From NCBI RefSeq assembly GCF_018977255.1, contig NW_024704742.1:51834001-51898000 (forward strand): 64,000 nucleotides of DNA, in the 5' to 3' direction. A program made the position numbers and the translations under genes. The notes under the pieces were generated by a model, which did no database searches, had not been told where the DNA came from, and was given only the letters and a program-made list of their open reading frames with translations. This stretch comes from Callorhinchus milii (Eukaryota). Below, piece by piece: positions 51,466 to 62,837 of the stretch; within the stretch, counting starts at the first letter, position 1; the number at the start of each line of letters is the position of its first letter.

Positions 51466-53362
51466 GTGATTTGCAACTATTCTCCTGCAAACTGTGTACC
51501 TACCAACCATTTATAAAACTCTTCTATAATGTTTAAAAACTAAATAAGCATTTAATAAATTGTACAAAGCTAAGTACTAAAATATTGTGATGAAAGTCTC
51601 TACAAAGAAGTCTGGAGAAGGGATGGTTCCATATATTGGGTTCCCAAAATTAACATACAAATCATTCCATATTCATTCCGGAAAAACGGTTTCCCCCAAA
51701 TGCGCAAGATCATATTTCAGCATACGCCCATAATAGTCAAGCTAGCCAAGATTCAATTACTCCTCATATAATATCAACCATTAACCAAATGCATCAAATA
51801 ATATCATGCAATAAATCAATTAAGCAGCAGAATGTCAACGATGTTGAAAAGCAAAAGGGAACACACCCAGTTTGTATTGAATTTGGCATGCAAGCATGTC
51901 TTGTGTGATCCTGAATGTTACATCATTTGTTAAGAAGCAGTAGGTTTCAATCGGAAACAGAGACCTATTGAAGCTTACCAGGAGCAAAAGTACCATCTTA
52001 CCTAGATATAAATTGAAATCTATGGACAAGGTTCTGTGGTTATTCAGAGACTCCCATGCTATCAACGTCAAGAGTAAAACAATCTTTTTAGCAGGTGTTA
52101 AGTGGTGATCTAAGCCAGCTTTTTGCAGTTTTTAATTTTTTAAAATTTTAAAATGACTCCTTTGTTTTCAAAACACAGATATAATGAAGTCACCATGGGA
52201 TCTAGACATCATGGCTCCTTGTTGTGGCAATCCCCTGGGTCTGCTCGAAAAGAGCTCAACACTCTGGAAAAGTTTTGTGTTTGTACTTCTTTCATATTTA
52301 TCAGCTGTGACCCATTGTGAAAGGATAATGGGACCAAAAGTAAGAGAATGCCTGCAGAGACCGTAAACTGTGCAGTGTCTCAAACAACAAACATTCACAG
52401 GCATCTCACATACGCTTTTAATTACCATCTTGCCACATATGCAAACAACTCTTCTTACTTTTTTCCCCCGTGAGTATTTTTGCTCAAGATACCTCTAGAG
52501 GGCAGTATGCAACCACCAAGCCAACAAATACTTGCATGCAACTCGATGAAACTACTGTAGCAACTTCAGTGTCCTTTTTTAATTATAAAGATACTTAAAG
52601 GACCAAACTGGAACACTAACACTAACTAGCATTATCAATTAAACAAGTAAAAAATGATTCTTAGAGTGTAGAGTGGAAGTTAAAACAAATATCTATTGAT
52701 AGGATGTAATAACTAGTTTAAGCTTTCTTTATTCGTTTATGTTTATGAGGAAGCTGTTATGTGATAAAAGTGCAGGTTCCCAATAAGCCAACCTACAGTG
52801 AGGCTTTATTATAAGCCGGTTGTAGGGTTCCATAAAATCCCAACCAGCTTTATACCATGATCACTATAGCCAGTTTCAGGGCTTGTGCCTGCAACTAATC
52901 TGCTTATATTCTGCACACCAGCCAACTCCCATGCTAAGAAAATTGCAGACTTCAGAGTCATATCATTGACATTACTTCTTGTGTGCTGTGCATGCAACGA
53001 AGGAAATGAAGCCGGTGGGGACATGATGACTAAAAGTCGGACATATTTAGCGGGCAGAAAGCCAAAATGAGTAACTTCTTAGTCATCATCTCTGCACTGA
53101 TGTCACTTGCTACAGCATTCAAGTGACATAGACAACAGCAACCTGATGTCCGGGAAGCCAGCTATTTTTAGTGCAGGAAACACACACACTCATTCACATG
53201 ATAAATGATCCAGCACTATAATGAAGCTGCACTGTAGCTACTGCTAAAATGTTGTGTTCAAAGTGTGGGGAAAAATTCAGATAGATGGAGTATTTACTTT
53301 GAAAAACGTAAGGGAAACTAATTATTTACAAAATGACGGTAAATTACAATTGTGCACATTAC

Positions 53363-53490
53363 CCAAGCTCAATTTAATAGGGAGGTTCTCCTTGCTCGCT
53401 GCCTCCACGAGGTGCCTCCGCACTTCCATCACAGCCTCCTTTTGCTTCATGTTCAGCATGGACTCCCACATGGCTTTGGCTGAAGGGTCA
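53363..53490 (-). CDS. SCFD2: SCFD2 internal coding exon (equivalent to human exon 3), 128 nt, phase 2 to 1
   Basis: Translates DPSAKAMWESMLNMKQKEAVMEVRRHLVEAASKENLPIKLSL(G), which I recognise as SCFD2. Acceptor ttcactgcAG at 53492-53491 and donor GTaatg at 53362-53361. The terminal G joins the next exon's GT to give Gly. Confidence 0.93.
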
Positions 53491-53724
53491 CTGCAGTGAA
53501 ATAACAAGGTTAAAGTCAAACATCTGTACTTCTTCAAGAATGTTGGTCTTTTCCAATTTCCACTCATTCTGTAAATACCGAGTCACAGTTTGTATCCAAA
53601 ACACTTTTTTGGCCCACTTTGTGAAGTTACTTTCCTCTCCTCAAAGACAAATGGAAGGTAAAGTGCTCCCAGGGCTCTGCCAATATTGTTCACGCTTTCC
53701 ACTAAGAGGTATATGATGGAAGCC

Positions 53725-53792
53725 TGTGATTGTGCCTTGGGACATCCTCCCGACATGAAAGGTACTTTACACATGTAATTTTGTATTGTATA
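53725..53792 (+). mobile_element. L2 tail-only fragment (type A)
   Basis: GCCTTGGGACATCCTCCCGACATGAAAGG...ATGTAATTTTGTATTGTAT. Confidence 0.75.
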
Positions 53793-54212
53793 ACTTCTTC
53801 CTGGTAAAATAGCCTCTGTTCAGTGCCTCTTCATCCCCTTTTTTGTAAGAGCACAGCAGAGGTCAGGAAATCACTGGTGTGAACTTGTCTCCTATCATTC
53901 AGTGCAGTCGTAAAACATAAACAAATTGTGTCACCTCTCAAAGCACTTGACAGGATTTACCATATGTAGTGACTGTGTATTTTGTAGGCAAATTTGGCAG
54001 TGAGGGGTTGCAATCCCGGAGCTCTTTCTGAATCCCAGATTTCTGGATTTTAGTGCCGCAAATCCATAGATCCCATAAACCCACAACTTTCCAAAGGTTC
54101 TGCCAACTGAACCATTCTGAGTTACTTACCTAGAGAGAATGCAGGGGTGAGCAACCAAGATGGCCATATGAATCAAAGTGATGATGAGGAGTTAAAAAGT
54201 TGAGGTTAGACT

Positions 54213-54360
54213 AATACAATACAAAATTACATTTGGATAGCGTCTTTCACGTCGGGAGAATGTCCAAAGGCAAGGGACGATCAGGGATTTGGACCTGAGA
54301 AGGGGAGTTGAGATCAGGGAGGGTGGAGGGCAGGGAAGGTAGCTGAAGGCACGTTCAAAG
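54213..54360 (-). mobile_element. Short L2 3' fragment (type A)
   Basis: AATACAATACAAAATTACATTTGGATAGCGTCTTTCACGTCGGGAGAATGTCC. Confidence 0.82.
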
Positions 54361-55137
54361 GGACTAGAAAGAGAAGTGATGCAGAACTTTGTCACTCAAA
54401 AAGTAATACATTTGTTGGCTGTATTGCCACAGAAAGCCTTTGAAGCTGTATAAATATGTTCAAGAATTGACTAGATTATTTCTGGAAAAAAGCAGGGGAT
54501 TGAGAAACGTGTGGAAAGTGTATAGATATGTATGTAGTTTCTGAAAACACTGCACATCTTGCTTGTAAGTTTAGGAGCATTGCTTTTGAGCTGATTGAAC
54601 ATTAAGTTGAATCAGACTAGTAAATAGTTTTACTGCAATGTGAAGATAGATTGAAATTGAGTAAAGTTGACTTGTCCCAATACATGGAGTGTAAACTGAG
54701 AGACACTGATTTGTCATGACAGCTTAAGAGATGCTGCTTAATTGTTGACAGGCTGCTCACTCACATCTACAGATTGTTTTCCTAGTTCAAATGATGTATG
54801 TTCGAATGATTGTTTCTAAATGCACATGCTGAGTAGACAGTAACTTGTCTTTAGTTTATTTTTACAGTTTTAATGAGTCAATTATTTTGAATACAAGTAG
54901 CTTTTTGCTTACTTAATTACTAAGGAGAGTAGAAACTGGTTATGTGTAAAAATATTTATTGGGAAAAATTTCATATCCCATTTCACTCATGTAACTTATA
55001 CTTTTATTATTGTGAAATTCTGAATCCTCACTTTCCACTGTTTAGTTGATAAGGAAGATCTACAATACATTTTACATTTATATTGTGCCTTATACATGAG
55101 GAGGATATTTCAAAGTGCTCCACACTGCTAGCTTTGA

Positions 55138-55169
55138 GGGGGGGGGGGGGGGGGGGGGGTGGAGGGGGG
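55138..55169 (+). repeat. Poly-G tract (22 consecutive G at 55138-55159) next to a decayed L2 tail
   Basis: Directly visible. It follows TACAATACATTTTACATTTATA...GAGGAGGATATTTCAAAGTGCT. Confidence 0.85.
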
Positions 55170-55679
55170 ACTGGAAGCTGAAGAGATGTTGTATTTAATA
55201 AGAATAATCCTTGCATAGTTTGTTGTCCTGTTGATTTACACATATGCAGAGTAACCATTCATAAAAGTATATGCAAGTCATTAATTTTACATATGCATAT
55301 AAAGAGTTCGGCATTCAAATGGTTAAACAAGAGTTAACATTCTCAGACAGTCACCACGCTTATTGTGGCTATTTTGCTTGTAGAGATGCTCTCCCCTCCC
55401 CCCCACCTTTGCCCACCAATGAAAAGTGAAATCCATGAGAGGGCACTGCTGGACTACAGGGGAATTTTAACTACTTTTACTGAACATAGAGGTTAAAGCG
55501 GTTGTGGGATGAAAGATTGCCCAACTTTTAAATACTCTATCTGTATAATTAATTCTAATGAGATCCCAGAAGTGGAACAAGCATGTAGGCTTATGCACGG
55601 GTATGTGGACTGCTGCCGAATCTATTGTTGTGGTTTGTATGCTTTCGGTTATAAATCTCTTCCTCAACAAGTATAGAAA

Positions 55680-56010
55680 GAACTTGCATTTTGATAGTGT
55701 CTTATCAAGTCAATACATCTCAAAGCACTTTACGGTAATTAGGGACAAGTGCAGTGATTATTTTTAGGAAACTCAACTGTCATTTTGCACAGTCCTCAAA
55801 AGAACCACAAGGTGAATGGCCAACTTTACACAGAGGATTGTTGATAAGGACACCTTGAGAAACTCTTTTCGCCTTTTGAATGGTATCATGGGATCACCTG
55901 AAGAACAATGTAATCATCCCCAACTACTGGAGTATCAGCCTAAACTGTGAGCTGAAAAGCCAACATAGGATTTGAACTTTCTGTCCCAAAGCGATAGTCT
56001 TATCAATTGA
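55680..56010 (-). mobile_element. Decayed DeuSINE
   Basis: AACTTGCATTT tail, GGACACCTTGAGAAACTC...CATGGGATC, and GGAGTATCAGCCTA. Confidence 0.55.
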
Positions 56011-56769
56011 CAATCTGGAAGGACACGGGGATTTAGAAAAAACTTAGAACAGAAAGTATGGACATGCATAAAAAAGCAGCTCGAAAAAAACTCACTACCA
56101 GAGTTCTTCTATTGGCCATATTCAAGGCAGCTTTTTTATAGACGAATGCTAGGTTATGGCAGCAATTCAAGATAATATACTCTAAGACAAGGTTCCTGAA
56201 ATGACTAAGATCATATCTAATCAAAATCTACAGGAAACCAGCTGTGAAAATAACCCTTGGCTTACTCATTGGATGAGACACAAACATCAAAGAATCACAT
56301 TTGTCATTTACTACATCTAGGATAATTTGTTTTAAAAAGTATAATATTCACCATTAAAGTCTTTTTCTCATGCCATTGCATTCTAAAATTGCTCATAAGG
56401 AATAGAGTCATAAGATCTGAATTGTAAGTTATATGGAATGTCACATAGTTAAAATGCAACTGACTTAAAATCAATTTGACTAATAAAAATAAAATTCCTG
56501 CTATGATGCTCCATCTGTTACCTCTAATACACTTTCATCTCCAATATCATCAAATACCTATTATGACCATTTTCCTTGGCAAAACAGAATTGAGTACTCC
56601 ACTGTGCAGTACAGAAAATGTGCATTTGTTTATTCAGGTGCTAGGACATCTAGGAATACAACAAAAAGAGAACCAAATATTTGTTTTCTTTTTGAAGGTT
56701 TATCTTTCTTTGCCAACTGTACTGCCTCATAGTGTAGCATAAGTCCTCTGGTGTTAGCCTCCCTCCATT

Positions 56770-56930
56770 ACTTTGTCCGAGTGTCCATGTATGAGCTGAA
56801 ACCTTGGATGCTGGTAGTGTATGCAACCCAGGAGGCCAAGGTTATGTGCCATCCACCTCCACCCCACCCGAACCAAACCCCCAGAAGGGATGCAAATCCA
56901 TGAAAGGCGCTATACAAATGTAATTCTCCT
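56770..56930 (+). mobile_element. Rearranged or decayed L2 tail fragment
   Basis: CATGAAAGGCGCTATACAAATGTAATT tail. Confidence 0.5.
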
Positions 56931-56988
56931 TCAGCGTGGATTCTTACCAATCATCATATCAGCTAACTCAGCAAAGTTAGAGGAGTTT

Positions 56989-57307
56989 GTGGAGTCCTGT
57001 AGCTCAGTGGTTAGAGCACTCGCCTTGCAAGCGAGACACCTGGGTTCAATTCCAGGCAGGGCGAACCTTGGGCAAGTTTTCTTACTCCACACGCCTAATA
57101 ATAATCCCTCCAAAATAAAAAAAACAATAATAAATTGGTCATTTTCAATCCATGACTGTTTGTGGGACACTGCTGTGCGTAATTGGCTGCCGCGTTTCGC
57201 CTACAAATATACAGTCAATTCACTTTACAGTCTATTCTGTGAAGCGCTTTGAGATGTCGAGAAGATGTGAAAAGCGCTATATCAAATGCAAGGATTATTA
57301 TTATTAT
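56989..57307 (+). mobile_element. tRNA-derived SINE, short form, older tail type
   Basis: Intact head. Tail GAGATGTCGAGAAGATGTGAAAAGCGCTATATCAAATGCAAGG(ATT)n. Confidence 0.92.
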
Positions 57308-57782
57308 AAACACTGGAAATAAAACTTTGGATCTGTATGGATCATTTTCACACAAGTGATTGGCTTTACCAATTAAGTCATCAGAGAAGGATGTGTGTGT
57401 GGAGATAAAAAATCTATCCTACAATTTGAACAGAAACAAGAAACAGTTGGAAATGTTCAGAATTTAACAACCAAAGAAGAATTTTCTCCACTACAACATA
57501 GAATGTATAGTTGGCATTTCAGTTCCAATCAGTCATTTGTGACGCCTTTACCACACATTTCATCAATGCTGATCTAAGACCATTTTTCAATATGTAACAT
57601 GTAACAGAAAAATGATGATGTTTGCCCCGTCAAGTGAACATCCTGCCAAATTAATTTACTGGTTTTCTTTGACGAGGTAACAAAGGAACTTGATAAGGGT
57701 AAGGCAGTGGATGTTGTATATCTGGATTTCAGTAAGGCCTTTGATACAGTTTCTCACGAAAGGCTGGTACTGAAAATAAAGA

Positions 57783-57858
57783 AACAACAAGATTACATTT
57801 GTATAGCGCCTTTCAGGTCGGGAGGACGTCCCAAGGCGCTGAACAGTGTACATCATTT
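57783..57858 (-). mobile_element. L2 tail-only insertion within the CR1 RT
   Basis: AACAACAAGATTACATTTGTATAGCGCCTTTCAGGTCGGGAGGACGTCCCAAGGCGCTG. AGAAA occurs on both sides. Confidence 0.88.
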
Positions 57859-58969
57859 CAGAAAGCGGGAATCAGAGGAAGTATCTTGCGATGGATATGT
57901 AATTGGCTGACCGATAGAATCCAGAAGGTGGTGGTACAGGGAATGTCATCAGGCTGGGAGAACGGTACCAGTGGAGTTCCACAGGGATCTGTTTTGGGAC
58001 CTCTTTTATTTAACATCTTCATAAACGATCTGGAGGTGGGAGTCACAAGCATAGTTACTAAATTTGCAGATGACACAAAGCTAATGAAGGTGGTAGACTG
58101 CAAATATGAACAGGATAGGTTATAGGAGGACCTGAACATTCTTGGAAATTGGGCAGATCGAAGGCAGGTGAAATTTAATCTAGCGAAATGCAAAGTGCTT
58201 CACACGGGGACAAAAAAATCTAGGAAGGGACTATTATTTAAATGGTAAGAAAATAATCTGTACGGAAAATGAAAAGGACCTGGGGATCCTGATTGATAAT
58301 AAATTAAAGCTATCAGAAAAGTGCTTTCATTTAGTGCTTTAATTCAGTGAGTAAGGCAAACCAGATGCTGGGTTGTACTGAAGGGGCAATATTGAGCCGA
58401 AATAGAGGGTAATCCTGCCACTTTCTAAATCACTGGTGTGACCGCACTTGGAATATTGCGTGCAATTTTGGCCACCACAATGTAAAAAGGATATTGCAGT
58501 GATTGAGAGGATTGATGAGGGCAACCAAAATAATTGAGGGGATGGAGGGACTCGACTACAAGGATCGAATAGATAAACTGGGCATGTTCACACTGGAGAA
58601 GAAAATGTCGATGATTATGAGACGAAAATGTCGATATGATTATGATCTTTAAGATTCTGAAGGGAATAGATAATGTAGACGATGATGAGCTGTTTTATCT
58701 TGTACTGAATAGTAGAACCAGAGGACACGGCCTGCGATTGAAATTCGATTCAAATTACTGTAAATTCAGAAAAAATCTGCAGAAACACTACTTCAGTGAG
58801 CGAGTAGTAAACTTATGGAACAGGCTCCCGAGGGAGACAGTGGAAGCAGAAAATGTTGCTTGTTTCAAAAACAAATTAGATAGATTTCTGCTAGAAAGTA
58901 ATATCTTGGGATATCACTATATAGTTTGGGACACGGCATGTCAAGCGACTACTACGACGGTGGAAGACG

Positions 58970-59418
58970 AACCAAACTTCGTACCCACATCTCACCAGTT
59001 CTGGCCAGGCTCCACTGGCTCCCCATCACCAAACGGATCGCCTTCAAGATCCTCACACTCGTGTTCAAATCCCTTTGCTCTCTGGCACCTCCCTACCTTT
59101 TCAACCTCCTCACACCAATCCACCACCCGGCACCTCTACTCGACTGGCACCGGCCTCCTGCTTATCCCTCGCACCCTCCTCCCCACGTGGGGGTGGTCAC
59201 GCTTTCAGCCACTATCTTTGAGACTCTGGAACACTCTCCCTCAATCCATCTGCCTTGCCCCCTTCTCCCCTTTTTCAAGTTCCACCTGAAAACTTTCCTC
59301 TTCGACCATGCTTACGGCCACCGCCCCCCAGCTCAGAGCCAGGCTACGCCACTGTTAAGCACTCTGAGAAGCTATCCTGCGTGGAGGGCGCTATATAAGT
59401 GCAAGTTTTTGTTGCTGT
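58970..59418 (+). mobile_element. L2 3' fragment (type B) within the CR1 3' UTR
   Basis: TKLRTHISPVLARLHWLPITKRIAFKIL, very similar to 34850-35300. Confidence 0.9.
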
Positions 59419-60064
59419 AGATGGACCCTGGTCTTCTTTTGCCTAGCAAATTCTTATGTTCTTATGTCTAAACTCAAACAATTATTTATTGTCCCTCCCC
59501 AACAATTTGATACTATGGTTGTGATTCTGCTGTAAAATGAAATCAATCTGTATATTTTGGCACTTTCTCAAGGATTTAAAGCTTGCTATTTGACTTACTG
59601 CACTGAAAGGGGCCGAAAATTATAGCGCTTCTTAACCTAGGCCACCTCACTAAAAAGCTACTGTAAGCACAAAGAGCATCTCCCTTAAGATTTGCCCAGA
59701 GGGCAGTTTGGTGGGTGGTGAATAAATGAGACGGACTGAAGTTTTATTAATAAATTTCTATTTAAAAAATAATAAATAACTTAATTTATGTTTTAATGCA
59801 AGTGATTTAGCATATTTTTACACGTTGCCATTCTGTATATAGGTAATAGAAAAAGTACACATCATCAGTTTGGAGCAATTTCAGCAGAAAGACTAAATGG
59901 ATTCAAAAGGCGAAAAGCTTCCTGGTTAATATTACAGTATAATGAGGTCCTTCAGTTTTTTTTATTACCTATATTTATTCGATTGTGTTTATATTATCAC
60001 TGTTGAAATCCATACTTCTCTATACATTTTCCTCAGAGCATATTCGGTGCCTTACTATCCAACT

Positions 60065-60465
60065 CTTTTGTTTGGTCAACCGGGTGTCTGACACACGCGG
60101 AGACCCATCACCATGCTTGAAAGTATCCAGACCAAACTGAGAATTCCATGGATCCCACCTCTCATGGGATTTCGAAAGATAGATTATTGGAATTGAATGC
60201 ACACTCGCTCCCTTGTGGGACACCGCCTGTTTACCTAAATCCAGAAAGTATTAGGCTCAGGTTGGCAGGAGCCAAGGCTTGGGGACCGCAGAGTGTGAGT
60301 GGTACTGCTAGCGTCCCACCAGGAAATCCCGCATAGCTTGCTAATAGCACTATCAGGCAAGCTTTCTAGCTGCTTGTCCAGCTAGGACCACCCTACCCAT
60401 TAGGATTTTGGCTTGCAGGTTTCACAGAGAGTTGGAGGATTCATGTCCCCAGTGACTGGTCTGTT
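60065..60465 (-). repeat. Family X copy, 5'-truncated
   Basis: TTTGTTTGGTCAACCGGGTGTCTGACACACGCGGAGACCCATCACCATGCTTGA...CTTGTCCAGCTAGGACCACCCTAC. Confidence 0.85.
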
Positions 60466-60699
60466 ACTGAACTCCTCTATTACTAGAGTTGTGTAAAAAA
60501 ATTGCTTGCATTTTTTTTGTAGAAAACAGAACTTTCACCACTCATAAAGCCAAGAACATCTTTTACAGCAATTCTTCAAATTCTTGGTTTGGAAAAGGCT
60601 GGTCTTTGGATAAGTGGTCATTCTCACTATTTAAGTATCCAACTAAGTATTTTAATCACTGCTCGTCTGACATTTCCTCCCAGGATCTTATGGCAATTA

Positions 60700-60905
60700 A
60701 CTTTTTGCAGTTCTGGTTGCCATATTATAGGAAGGATAGTGTAGAAATGAGAAAATTGTCAATTAGATTTACTAGAGTGTTACCAGGTGTGAGTGGATAT
60801 AGCTTATTAAGCAAGGTAGAACAAGTCAAAGCTTTTCTCTCTGGAGATGACTGTGAGGGGACTTGCTAGAGGCATTTGCAATTATGAAAGGATTCAGTAA
60901 GGTGG
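60700..60905 (+). mobile_element. Decayed CR1 fragment
   Basis: QFWLPYYRKD...RFTRVLPG...SY and an RGDL.E.F.IMKG remnant. Confidence 0.8.
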
Positions 60906-61257
60906 TTATTAATAAGCTTGGACAAGGTACCTCGGTGTCATCAGGATCCTAAGAACCATATCCCCCAAATAAGTCATTGTCTGCTTAAGAGCAGGTAAAC
61001 ATTGAAATAAGTTTTTTTTGCCTAATTCATTTTGAAAAAGTGTATTGATGGCGTCCAGCTTCAGAGTTGGGCAGCTTACGACACCGTGGACTTACACACA
61101 ACAGAGTATTTGTACAGCAGACATTAAAAATAAATTTACAGTTGACATTTGCCATTTTGTCCCCATTGGTAACATAAGCAGCACTGACAAAACAAAGTCT
61201 TCATAGAGCTCAAGTGAACTAGATTTAATCTCAAGAAAAGCAGTCCATGTGAAAATT

Positions 61258-61750
61258 TTAGCTGAATTGGATCCAAGGTGAACAACTCGCAAAGGAAACT
61301 CAGAATTGAATTGATCCTCTATTGCAGTGTTGGTTGTTCAGTAACTTAGCCAGGCTGGTGCGCAGCACTCCAAGGCACTGCTAATGATTCACCAACCAGC
61401 CATTAGGAGTACTCAAAGGAGTAGACCCGTCATTGGGGCCTGGGATTTTTCCCAGTCATCTCCTAGTAGTCCTGAAAACCAAAGCCTTAACAAGTAGGCT
61501 GGTCCTAGCTGGACATGCAGCAGTAAACTTGCTAAGTGTTTGTAATGGCAAACTGGGGTTTTAGCTGGTGGGATCCTCAAGACTTGCTAACCTACACTTA
61601 AACTCTTGAGGATTAGGTAAACAAGGTGTGTTTCTCTCGGAAGAAAGTGTGAACTCTGCACCAGGTATATGTAAATGGAACTCTCAGTAGTTTAGTTGGT
61701 GAATCTTATGGTGATGAATTTCAAATGTGTCAGATACCCAACTGAATAAA
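61258..61750 (+). repeat. Family X copy, diverged
   Basis: GCTGAATTGGATCCAAGGTGA...GGTCCTAGCTGGACATGCAGC...ATGGTGATG...GTGTCAGATACCC. Confidence 0.72.
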
Positions 61751-62837
61751 TTAAATTAGTAGCTATGGCAATATTTACATTTTGGAATATTTAGGAATAA
61801 AAGTTGACTTGTGACATTGTCAAAAACAGCACAGATTAGGCAAAGTTAAAACTTGTCAAAGAGGAAAAACAGCAATCTTAACATCTGAAGTCTGATTTGA
61901 ATTAGTGGACAGCTATTTTATGCTCATGAATCTCATTCAGCACCAATGATACTCATAAAACATCTGAGATTTAGAAAAATTGCATTAAAATAATTACGTT
62001 TTTAATTAAACAAAAAAGATTTGAAGAAAGCAATCTCATCAGAAATGAATTGTGAAGGAGTTCAGCATATTATTTAGTAAATCTGTGAACATAGATTAGC
62101 ATTGTTCATACTGAGTGGTACGTGGACATCTTGTGGGGAAGTGAAGAAGTGAGAAATTAACTTCTTAAAGCCAATCTAGTCTCCAGATAAGACTTTAAAC
62201 TGGCTTCCTGGAGAGGAAAAGCAGAGAACTTTGACATGAAGATGCTCTGTTTTATATCAGAACTGAACTTTTTTTCTCCCTACGGTCCAATAGCAAAGAA
62301 CACTCATTTTTTAAAGATAACTGAGGTTCTTAACTTGTTGGACATTCAAATATTGTTTACATAAAATCTCCACTGCATTTTTAAAAAATAACAAAGGCAT
62401 CCTACACAGTAAAATGTTGATATGACAGAACAAAACAGTTGCATGACATCTATAGTTCCCACACATCCCTCTCCTGTAAATATTTCTGTTAAACTCCAGA
62501 TGCCACTACCTCTTAATTAATTTACCAGTCTAAGCCCAAACCTGGATGGAAGAGCTTAACCTCTTGGAAGTTCACCCGTACAGCTTAGAACATATTACAT
62601 TTAAAATAATGAATTGAGTTAAGAACCGCAATTATAAATACTTAAGTTTAAATAAATATATGCACATTTAAAAAACACAATGAATATTGATAAATTCAAA
62701 TGTTTGCATGCGTTTCCTAATAATTGACAATTATGTCTGAATGTGGAACAAACCTCATGCTTAGCCTAAATTGGCATAAGATCTGGCTTTTGCAAAAAGT
62801 CACTAAAAGAAGGCCCTTCATTTCCTCTTTTATGTTC

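Larger units (their letters stand above)
57644..59467 (+). mobile_element. CR1 LINE RT and 3' end, interrupted by two L2 insertions
   Basis: [54 protein letters not shown] and RTRGH...YFSERVVNLWNRLP. Terminal TTCTTATGTTCTTATG at 59451-59466. Confidence 0.93.
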
